Shown here: piece after piece, positions 52,998 to 64,000 of the stretch
Numbering within the stretch: position 1 is the first letter of the stretch
How the letters are laid out: each line of letters opens with the position of its first letter
DNA from: Geosiphon pyriformis uo1
Taxonomy: Eukaryota; Fungi; Glomeromycota
Assembly (NCBI GenBank): GCA_016748015.1
Contig: JAAOMT010000690.1
Span: 372,001 to 436,000, forward strand
DNA length: 64,000 nt
Direction of reading: 5' to 3'
Made by a program: the position numbers and the translations under genes
Notes under the pieces: generated by a model
What the model saw: the letters and a program-made list of their open reading frames with translations, nothing else
Told to the model about the DNA's origin: nothing
Database searches by the model: none

Positions 52998-53515
52998 AAC
53001 AAAAGTTTTCCAAACGATGACAAGACGGTGAAGTGAATTTATATAGGACAGGAAGATCACTAGATCAAGGGTAATTGCTAGAAAATTCCATTTTGGAAAA
53101 TTTTTTATTTGTTTTAAAAATGGCTAAAATACAATTTTAATTAAATTTTTTAAATGTTATTTTTTTATTAATATAACATATTTTAAAATCCAATAAAAAT
53201 TAATGTTTAAAAATAATATTTTTCATCATTAAAAGAATAATCATGATTAATTTTGTTATCAATTCTAAAAACTTTTATTATTTAAATTAAAAACAGAGAG
53301 GCTAAATTATGATTGGCTCTCAGCTTTTCAAACCGGAAATTTAAATAGTACACCTTTAAATTTGATCAACCACATTTTCAGTTTATGAACACTTAAAGCG
53401 GTTTTGTTGATTGTAACACAGCCTGATCGATATATGAATAAAATTTTGTTTTGAATATGAGGATTTTAGCCATAAATCATGATACCCAATTACTTCTTTC
53501 TGCTTTGAAATTATT

Positions 53516-54914
53516 TCATTCAGCATTGCTATAGATTTCAACGACATCTTCGTTATCATTTAAAGCGTTAATAAATTTTGATAATGTCGTCTCAAGTTCC
53601 TCATTTTCTCCCACGATGGTTGTGGTGTTGGGGACATATCCAGCACGTAGATTATTGACCTCATAGTTGTACTTCTTTCTCAATTGTTCTGATAGCCCAT
53701 TTATCGTGTTAGGTGAACAAGAGATCTTTGGATAAAGAAGATCAAGATATTGAGCATATTGAGTTTAGGTTTGAACAATTTACAAAATTACCTCTAAAAT
53801 CCCATCTTCCAATTCCTCAATGTCTTCAACGCCACTTATCTCCAAAGCATTTTCCATCATTGAATCTATTGTATCTTTCGTGTTCCCTTTTGAAAATTGA
53901 ATCTTTCCTGGTTGCATGGGAGAAAGGATTGAAAAGGAATCAAGATATTTCAAATATTAACGCTTTTGTTTTATAATCTGTAAATGCAAATTTTCATCAC
54001 CTTTTTTCTCAAACATCCATGCGACATTCGACATTGAGCCACTAGATAACCAAAGGTTAATTTTATTATCACAAGTTCATATAATCAGTTGAGAACACCA
54101 AATATTCATCATTGATGGAACTGAGGCAAACCAATACTCAAACTTCAGACCATACCGATATCTCGAGAAAATATTCTTCAAGGCCTTCACAGTTCTATTT
54201 CTATTATCCGTTAAGGCTTCTCTAGAAAACGAGAAAAAAGGTTAAAGACATTCAAAAATCGTGTTCTAGGTTTCATAAGATAAATTTCATCAAATGAATC
54301 TTACATAATAAATGCTACCCCACCAGGGCCATAGCCTTCGTAAGTAATACTCTCAATTGAATTCTGATCCTTGCCTTGTCCCGCTCCCTTTCAAATTTCT
54401 GAGAGTTAGGTGTAACAAAGCAAGGGACGATACAAACTATGGGGATTACCTTTTTTATTGCAGTCTCAATATTATCTTTTGGAACGTTTGCTTTCCTTGC
54501 TGTCGAGAGTGCAGCACTCAAACGAACATTAGTTACTGGGTCGGTGCTGTTACCCACTGAAGAAATGATCAATTCAATTTAAGATGTCCAAGGTTTGTCC
54601 CAACCAATTTCCCTTATATATGGTCCATTCTAAAAACTGCCTCAAAGACAAAGCTCACTTTTTCAAAACACACATTTTACCGCAAGTTCAATTTCCTTGG
54701 CAATTTTTGAAAATTGAACAGCTCGTTGGGCATCTTTTGCACCTTTATTGTGCCTTATTTTACTCCACTTGTTATGTCCTGAAAGAAGAGGTGAACTCGT
54801 AAATAAAGTTTTGGAAAAACTAGGAAAAGCTTCACAGGATGAAGCCACTAATAAAAAGTTTGCTTGGTGAAGACTGAAGCCACGAAGTGAGTTCAAGCGG
54901 AGAAACTGGTGCAT
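53516..54914 (-). CDS. TACO1: YebC/TACO1-family mitochondrial translational activator, multi-exon
   Basis: Arg/Ser/Leu-rich presequence-like N-terminus, then [69 protein letters not shown] and [15 protein letters not shown]. Confidence 0.93.
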
Positions 54915-55481
54915 CGCGAATTCTCCAAATTTACAATTTCAGAAATTCTAGATTAAGAAATTTCTCAAGTTTCTTATTGGCTGATTTGATTTTTCATAAA
55001 AAGCAGGTTACCCAGACTTGTAAGTATTTACTCGGTTATGCGCATTCAAAAATCACCTGCTTTACACTGCAATTTACAGCCATTGATCAAGCAATTGTAC
55101 CATCATCTTTGTAATGTTGAAACTTTTACACTTAATCATTAGTTATCTTCATGAATTTGGCCAAAGTTTTTCCAGTAGCAAGAGGTTCAAAATATTATAT
55201 CTTTCCCGCTTTTGGACAAGCGAATAATGAAGAAAAGAAAACTAATAAGGCGGGAAAAGCAAAAGAAAACTTCTTAAGATACCAATAAAAGACGCTGTCC
55301 TCGAAGCCCCAAAGTGCCAATGTAAGTCTAAGCTCATATAAAGATAGGATCTGATGTCACTGCCCAAGCTTACTTGAATCTATTTATGCCGAAGATGAAG
55401 TATTCCCACTCTGATGGTGATATATGCAACCTATACTTGTGCCCAATTTCTGATAAAAAGGTCCAGCTCAATTTCACGCGT

Positions 55482-57320
55482 CTAGGGAGTTCTAGGGCCA
55501 CCACGCCTTGGAGGTAATGCTCTTATAGGACTGGGTGATCTTGGACGTCCAGAATAAGGAGGGGGTGGTCTGTTGTTCCTCAATGGACTAAGAGAACGAC
55601 GTCTTTTAAAGTTTAGCAGAAATCAAATTATTTTAAATCAATTAGTTGGTCAATGATATGGCAAATTTCAAATTTTAGGATTTTGATTTGATCACCTGTA
55701 GAGACTTGCACGAGGAGATGGAGGCCTCAATGGGGGAGGGCCTAACAAGCTGTCAGTGTATCGAGTTGCGGGCGGTGGAGGTGAACGGCCTCGATAAGAT
55801 GAAGGTGGAGCATCTCTACCGATCGTTTTAAAGTTTTTGAATCATTGGGACACCATTTGGTGAATGCAAAATCACACAACAAGATTTTTTTTAAAATTTA
55901 GACCCTTTATAAGAATTTTTCAAAAACATCGTTTTACCTGATACCATTTCTTTCGTAACTTGCACGACGTGGTGGTGGTGGTGGTGGTGGTGGTGATCCA
56001 GTTCTACCTCTAGCGGGATAGGCGGTAACATCTGGAGGCGGCAAAGGTCTACGCTCATATCCGTCACGCTCGTATCCATCCCTTGGTGGTGGATAATAGG
56101 TACGGTCATAATTATCCCGGCTGTAGCGCTCATAGTCTCGATCTGGATACGTACGATCATAGGCTCGATCTCGCTCTCTTTCATAACCTCTGTCATATGT
56201 GCTACGATATTCTCTTCTGTATTCTAGGTCAGGTTCTCTACCATAACGATCATATGTGGGACGATCATACCCACGATCCAAAGGTGGTGGAGGAAGATAT
56301 CTTTCGTCACGATCGTATTTGTCTCGTCCGTCTCTTGTATTGTATGATTCTCTAACGTAGCTGTCGCTGATTCTTCGATCATCGTAACGACTGCTGATTT
56401 TTCGAGAGCTCAGATCTCGCCCGTTGCTAAATGACAATTATATATACAAGACATCATCAGCATTTGACAAGGTGGGGTGTAATCGTTCGCCTAGATGGCA
56501 GGTATCGATAGAAGCTGTACTCTTAACAATTTGACGAAAAAGCTCCTCCATTTTGAAGATGAGAATAGATGCAACAATGAAGCTTTTGTTTGACCCTTTA
56601 AATGCCTTACGAGAGATTTTGTTTGACCTCTCTCGCTTGATTTTATCCCAACGAAGCTGCAGGCCCACAGAGGACACCAGGGGAACGGTGCTTACCTAGA
56701 ACATTCACGTGCCCAGTGACCGACTTGACCGCATTTGAAACATGTGTCGGTCGACTTGCCTTCCCTATACCTAAAGACGCTGCTTCTTTCGGCGTGAGCA
56801 TATTCAACACGTAGTTGCGACCCTTGAAAATCGGATCCATGAAGTTGATTTATAGCTTCATCACACATACGGCGTTCTTCGTATTCCTTTCAGTTTTTAT
56901 GAGCAGTGTGTAGTAATGTCAGTACCAATAGCAAAGTTAAAGGCCAATCAAGAGTCTACAATTGTTTTCTAAAAATATAATGCGCCCAAAGGATTTCGAA
57001 GATGTATCTGAGCTCATTTGATGGATGATATCACGCAACATAGAATCTCAATGATGTTTTTTTTTGCCAAGAGAAACTAACTGGAAACCCTTTGGACGCA
57101 TAGAAATCTCAGGATGCATCGATCACTTGAAGCTCGTGTTGTCTCGATGGCTTAAGTCGGATTGTGACCTTGAATTCAATACACTTACAATAAATCCATA
57201 ATTTCCTTTAAGCTCCATATTGACAACATTGCCATATTTTGCGAAGCACTCCTTAATTTCTTCAGGTCTTGCCCTATCCGGCAAATTGCCTATGTATATT
57301 TTTACCCCAACACTAGGCAT
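55482..57320 (-). CDS. RRM + CCHC zinc-knuckle + Arg/Asp/Tyr/Ser/Pro-rich RNA-binding protein (SRSF7/RBM4-like), multi-exon
   Basis: KIYIGNLP (RNP2), KGNYGFI|EYEE (RNP1), LHGSDFQGSQLRVEYA, CFKCGQVGHWARECS, then an RD/RY/RS low-complexity tail ending RGGPRTP*. Confidence 0.9.
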
Positions 57321-59519
57321 TTTCACAGAATCGTTGAGATTTCCTTGTGAGACTTTTCTCTCGCGTGTGAACGCTTTTCGTAAGCTCAACTCAAAATAAT
57401 CCAGTCTTTTTGTCTACAGATGAATACAAGGGAACCTCTGTGTTCGTTCCTCTAACTGTATTTGCTTCTTTTTGTAATCTATCAAATTTTACTGTAAGAC
57501 TTACAACCACTCTCGATCTTGCAAATTGCAGCAGCCTTTAACCTAGACCTTGTTTAAAAGGTCTTTAACTTAAATAAAATAGTCAAGAATGGGAAGAAGG
57601 AAACTTTCCTTTTTCTAATGTAGTTTTTTTTACAAGATGATCCCTTGTATGATTGGTCGATTCCATTTAAAGCTCTAGTTTAGTAATATTATGATATGTT
57701 GCAACTTAATTTTCCCACCTAAAATTTATTACGATATAATATAAGTAAATATCAAACAATTATTAAAACCGTTCTTTCTTATTTCAGAATAAAGCAAAAC
57801 TAAAAATAAATATATTTTAGAAAATTTGGTTAAAACCATCTATTCAAAAAAATTTTGCTAACTAATAATCAAAGCTGGAAAAAAATAAAAAAAGTTGGTT
57901 AAGTAATAATGAAACAAAGATATAATTAAAATCTGCTAAAGATAATTGTATTAAAAAACACAGCCATTTGTTAATTTGAATTTATCTTAAAAAAAAATCT
58001 CTTGAAGACTTGCTATAAATACTGTAAATAATCTGTAAATTTTGGCAAAAAAATATTTATATCATCCGAGTAGATAATAATGAATTGTCACAAAATTTTT
58101 AAAATAATTATATTAATTAGTCTTTAAAATGTTATAAAAATATTAATAATATTATATTGAACTTATAATTGTTATTTTATATAATAAATGCTGTTTTGTG
58201 TTTATCTTTTGGATTTATTTTAATCTATTAGTATTTACTGGTCAAATTAAGTGTAAAAAACCATTTTACTTCTTTAAAAACATTAGAAATTTTATTAATT
58301 AATAGTATTGGATATAAATCTTTGGGTATTTTGCTATTAATTTGTGATAATTAACACAAAATTTAATTTTTTTGTTCTTTTTTCTTATTAAAACAACTGT
58401 TAAAAACCAAAAACTTATTAATAATTAGATTATTTTATTTTTTAGCATTCTTTAAATTTTTTTTAATAACAAAACATGATAGATATATTATTTTTTAGTT
58501 CTTGTATCTTTGGTAAAAATTTGATATTAACTAAATTAATTTTGTCAAATTTATTATTTTGCAAAAATATATTATAATATGCTTTTAATTATTATTTTTA
58601 ATTAAAATTTATTGTTTTAAAGTTTAATTTGGTTAATTTATTTGGTATAAATTCGTAATATTTTAATAAAAATTGTCAATTTATTAATATAAGCTTACAA
58701 TAAAGCATGATTTTTGAAAAATTTAGAATTTTTTATAGTATTAACATATTTTTTAGCTTTATTTTAAGATATTTAATAACAATATTTTTTGACAATAAAA
58801 ATTTTTATTTATTGTATTTTATTAGCTAAAATAAAAAAATTGGTAAGTTTTATTAAAAATTATTAACAAGTTTTTAAGTAAAATTCAAATATTAAATTTT
58901 TTTTTATTGTTTTTTTATTTTTTATTTTTAATAAGACATAAATATAATAAACCATTTATTTTTAATTAATTCACTTTTTTTTGTTGTTGTTTTGGTAAAA
59001 TAAATAACAATTAAATATAATAAAAATTATCTAACTTTATAATTTTAAAAATTGTTTGATAATAAATACAAGAAATAATTAATTAAAAAACTAGAATTGT
59101 TTATTAAAAAGATAATAAATATCAAAATAAACTAATTATTATACCAAAAAAATTAAAAATTACTAATTATTAATATTGATTTTCTGTTTATTATATAAAG
59201 AATTTTATTTATTAAAACTTTTAAATTATTTATACAATTATAATATTAAGTTATAAAATTAAGTAATTAGAATTTACTTATAATATTTAATATTTTTTGT
59301 GAAATATAATTTGCAAAAACAAAAACATTAGTAAAAACATTAACAAAAATACTTAAATCTAATTAATAATAGATTTTAGTTAAATTAATTTTTAATTTCT
59401 AAGTTAATAAAAAATTGTATAATTTTTAAGAAAAACAAAAAATTCAAAAACAACAAATTATTTTTCAATTAATATATTATATAATTATATATTTAAAAAT
59501 ACAATTTAAATAATATACA

Positions 59520-62500
59520 GTAGTAAATTATGATGTAATTAATGTTGAAGAATATTTTAACACTAATTACCAAGCTGTTTTTGTTTCTGTAAATTTGGAA
59601 AATTTGTTGGATGTACAATTAAACTTTATGCACAAGCAGATAAATAAAAATTATTGGAAGTTTGATATTAAAAATACTAATAAGATGAAATAAAATAAAT
59701 TTAAAAATGCTAGAACAGTTAATACTATGATGTTCTTTGATGACTTTATTATATCTAAAAAATTCTTGGATTTAGATACAATATAGAATATTGTCTACAG
59801 AATTGTAACACTCTTAGCTAATGAGACATTAAAAAAAAGATGGTTTAAGAACTTTAATAGTGTTTTTACCAAAGAGTTATCTAAGTTTCATAAACTGGAG
59901 AATTTGGTTTTAAAGATTATTAAGACTTTTTATAAAAAGAGTGTAAACAGGTTTGTTTTTTTAATAAGACATTAGGATTTTTTGAACAGTAATAAGGTCT
60001 TTGTTATTTAAGATCTAATGGACTCTATTGTAAGTTTTAATCATGTATGTTCTGTTTTTTTTGGCATGAAAAAGTCTTATTGTGTCTCTAAACTTGCTAA
60101 ATTATTGAGAACTGAGGAGTCAAGCATTAGATTTGCTATTGAAAAGTAGATGGAAAGTTTTGTAATTAATAAAGACTGTATGATCAAAAGTATATTAGAA
60201 CATTCTTTTCATAAGGTAGTATTAGATTATTTGGTTTTTGATGGTGAATTAGTTTTGAATTTTGTTGAAGTTAAATTCAAGATTGATATAATTATGAAAG
60301 AATTGACTAAGAAAAAAATTGTATTAGATAGTGTTCCTGATTTATGGCATTATCAATATTTACCATTGTTTTATGTCAATAATGATGTCTTTTCTAAGGT
60401 TATAGTTTTTGTTTGTTTTAACAACTTAGTACATGTAATCAAAGATTTATTTAATGAAAAAGCTGTTAAATTGTCTAATATTATGAATAAACTTTGGAAG
60501 CATAGTAATATTTTAGTACTTGTTATGTTTTTGAACATTTTAAATTTTTGTTTGGTGCATGAATCTGTTTTTTAACTATGGAAAGAAGCTTGGGTGTCAA
60601 TAATTCCTAAACCATATAAATGGAAAGGTGTTTTAATTAATATTAGATCTATTATATTGATTGAGACTACTTGTAAGATTCTTTTCAAATTGCTGTCCAA
60701 CAGGATTTCTTTGGTCTATAGTAAATTTGATGTCCTCCACAATAACAATTTTTTTGTGCTAAAAAAGACTATAATCCAGTCTCTTATCTTTGTTATTGGT
60801 TTAGTGGTTAAGAATGCTTTGAAAAAAGGCTATAAACTTTGGTTAGTCTTACAGAATATACAAAAAGCTTATAACTTAATAAGTTGGCAGCATTTGAAGA
60901 ATAGTTTAATCCAAATCAAAATATGTGAATGGTTTATTCGATTCTTTAAAAGCATTCATAATAATAGGATTAATCAGATTATGACTAATTATGGTTTGAC
61001 AGAAAGATATTATATACATAATGATTTGGACCAGGATAAGATTTTCTTTTCGTTGCTTTGAAAAATTTTTTATGACTCTTTTTTGTGTGAAGTTAAAAAA
61101 CAGAAGAGTTTATATAGCTATTGTATTGATACTAAATTTGTTATTAAAACTGGCAAACTAGAAAGTTAAAGTAGTATAACTTTATTTCTTGCAGCTAGAA
61201 CCTTTGTTGATAACATAATTTGGATAGAAAGCAGTCAGACAACTACTCAGTATATTTTAGATATTGCAAATAGCTTTTTTAGAGTTAATGACATTTCAAT
61301 TAATAATAAAAAAACAATTGTTATCTCTATCAATTAGAGAGTTAAGGACACTTTATTGTTAATAAGCAGTTTGCTGATTTTTTGTTGCTCATAAAGAGGA
61401 GTCTTATAAGTATCTTGGTATTTTTTTATTTTCTAAGAGCTTATTCAAATTTAGTTTAGTAAAAGCTTATTTGAATGTTAGATTTTTTGTCAATTTGGTT
61501 TTAAGAAAAACTATCTTGGATAAACAGTTTCTTTATTTGGTATTAGCTGTATTGCAATTTATAATTAATTATAAAACTCAGTTTAGTTTTGTTTTTAAGA
61601 GTGTATATATTAAGTAAAATATACTGGTTAAGAAAGGTTTAAGGTTGAAAACCAGTCTGCTTAAAGATTTTCCCAACAAAACTTTTTATTATTCTTCTTT
61701 GTATAACTTGAAATTGTTCAAATAGTTACAGTTTGAATACAAGATGGTTTCTATGTTAAGTTTTTTAAATACTGATAGACTTATTAGTCATTTGTTTAGT
61801 CATAGGTTTTTGAACCTGCAGATTCAAAGTTGGTCTTTTATTTACTTTTTGTGTTGTCACGTAAAGTTGCATATTAGTTTAGTTAATAATTTTTTGGCTA
61901 GTGTAATTGGACTTTTTTTGAATTGTGATATGTTCTTTGATAATTTTTTTATAATTGTGTTCTGTTTTTCTGGTGGCACTTCAATATCTTCTGTTTTAGG
62001 TAATTTATTGTTTTATAATGTTTCATATTCATCCAAGAGATTTGAGATCACTTTTGTCAAACAATTATACAATAAAAAAAGCTTAATATTTAATTGGAAA
62101 AACTTCTATTATTAAAAAAGACTTGATTCAAAGAGCTCAATCCCTTGTTGGTTCAATTTGGCATTGTTACGAGATGGTTTTTTTGGTATATTTAATTGCT
62201 GATATCCCGTCTTAATTGCAATCAGTCTCTTATGAGTTCCTTAATTCTAATTGTATAATAATATTGGTATTTAAGCTGCTGGTTTCCTTTTGATGTCCTG
62301 ATATAAGCTATTTTTTAATCTCTAATTGTTGTATGTATTTATGTACTCTTTCTCAGAGGCTGAACTGAAATCTACCCACTGTCTGGGGTTTTCTCTGAGG
62401 CTATTCTTGCAATTGTCTGATGTGTTTCTCTAATTTAGAAACATGGAATATTAATGGTCTTTAGTGCTTTTTCTAATTCTCACAATAAAGCTTTTATCAA

Positions 62501-64000
62501 TTAGTAACAACATGAATAATCTTAATCAGGGATTATTCTTCCAAAGGATTCAGCTAATAAATGATAGTTTTATTCAATAATTAACACAAATGAGTTTTTT
62601 ACTACTTTGGAGTTGTGATAATTCAGTTTTAAATATTTTTTTTATTTCTTTTTGATTTAAAGGTTTCTTGGAATATTTAATTTAAAAAGTACGATTTAAA
62701 GTGGAGTTTGTTGGATAAATTGGATCTATTGCTTGATAAGTTATGATTTTTATTACTTGATTTTACTTTTTTCAATATTAAAACTACTGTATATATACAT
62801 GTTTGTAGTTCTACAAGAAAATACATTGTAATACTTTTTTTTTGATATTTCAACTTGGTGTTTGTTGCTATCACCAGTTGGTGTTGGCTGCTATTGTGAA
62901 CTGATGTTTGCCACTATCGTGAGATGATGTTTGCTATTATGTTAATCATTACTTTTCTAAGATTATTATTGCACTATATTATGATTGAATAGTTTATATT
63001 GTTTTTATGATTCTTTTGCTAAATTCTTAAACCATAACAGCATGTAATTTCTTGGTTAAGTTTTCTCTTTTGGCTGATTTACCTATTATTGGCTCTTAGT
63101 TTCTGGATATTTGTGGTTCTGATGATGTTTTTGGGTTAAAACAATGTCTTTCTGCTACTGAATTAGGTGTCATTAATGTTTACACAGATGGATCTTTAAG
63201 AAATTTGGGTATGTGTAAGATGAGATATAGTGCAGCTGTATATTTTTCTGATTTGGATTTAGATATTGGCATTAAAGTTAATAGATTGGTATTCTCTACA
63301 ATAATAAAATTGCAGGCAATTGTTCTGGCTTTGGAATGTGTTTTTTCTGACAGTTTTGTTGTGATGTATTCAAACAGTTAGACTGTCTTAAATGCTTACA
63401 CTGGACTTTTGTAATTATTGTTGAATAGAACAGTATAGTGTGGTGGGATTTATTAGGAATAAGAGACTCAATGTTTCTTAGTATAAAATTAAGGAGCATT
63501 CAGGTGTTTTAAGTAATGAACATGCTAATGAGCTGGCTGGTTTGGCTGTTGATTTGAGTTTTGTGCTTTTTGTTCTAATTAAGAATAGATTCATTAGAGC
63601 TGATAGAGTAGTAGTATTTGGGAATATTTGTTATTTTTGCTTAGAAAATTTACAGGGCTGTATATTGTTCTTGTTAAAAGATTAGACCTGGTTTTAATAT
63701 TATTGACAAAACCATGATTGGTAATGTAAATTGGGTTTGTATTACATTGGTTTAACACTCTAATTCACACATGGCAGCTGGTTTTATGAACAAATTTACA
63801 GCTGATTTGCATTCATATTTTATGAAGGCTTTGCATTATTATCTATTAGTTGTTGTTTGAAAACATCTATATAATAAGAAGTACTCCAGTATATTATGTC
63901 TTTATTGTAAGAATATGAAGAGTTTTGACTATTTGTTCATGTGCACATTTAATGCTAGGATTTGTAAAAACCTAATTAGGTCTTATCTGTCTTGGTAGGA
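59520..64000 (+). mobile_element. Decayed non-LTR retrotransposon (RT, RNase H, zinc-binding) running off the window end
   Basis: ORFs 60150..60575 and 60594..61061 (IIPKPYKW..INIRSIILIETTCKIL, LQNIQKAYN, DQDKIFFSLL = degenerate RT motifs), TFVDN at ~61200 and RNase H VYTDGSLRNLG at ~63177. Confidence 0.88.
62165..63090. mobile_element. Unrelated (probably LTR-element-derived) insertion nested in the LINE
   Basis: LINE similarity stops at ~62160 and resumes at ~63100 before the RNase H motif. The insert begins TGTTAC and has a different composition. Confidence 0.45.

Noticed and set aside
48584-56840. Antisense or alternative-frame ORFs over ORC5, NOP7, TACO1 and the SR gene (e.g. the His-run ORF 55891..56196)
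   Set aside because: Shadows of the real coding exons.
59520-62160. RT region as a retron, DGR, group II intron or telomerase
   Set aside because: Downstream RNase H and zinc-binding motifs, an endonuclease-like region in the related copy and multiple decayed copies indicate ordinary non-LTR retrotransposons.

Overview
AT-rich eukaryotic (fungal) DNA with short spliceosomal introns. The gene families (MATA_HMG-box factor, BTB-BACK-TLDc, 7TM receptor-like, two-TM 'LFG..PWG..Q' family) suggest Glomeromycotina, possibly Geosiphon-like; this is my inference from family recognition. The window alternates CpG-retaining gene islands with extremely AT-rich, CpG-depleted blocks of decayed, nested retroelements (non-LTR elements with endonuclease-RT-RNase H, plus LTR-like pieces). 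Intact genes: an intronless HMG-box factor, a 4-exon two-TM membrane protein, tRNA-Ala(CGC), a 7-exon Hsp20 with an N-terminal hydrophobic anchor, and a compact ORC5 / NOP7(pescadillo) / TACO1-like / RRM-zinc-knuckle SR cluster. Pseudogenes: GDSL lipase, GPCR-like and BTB-BACK-TLDc. The most striking structure is a ~0.9-1.0 kb inverted repeat (738-1633 and 12598-13603) enclosing an ~11 kb microsatellite-dense cassette whose only clearly intact gene is the HMG-box factor, followed by a 109-nt genomic poly(A). The adjacent two-TM protein has DEG/ENaC/PAC-like architecture. All alignments and splice models were made by eye, and identities are rough estimates.
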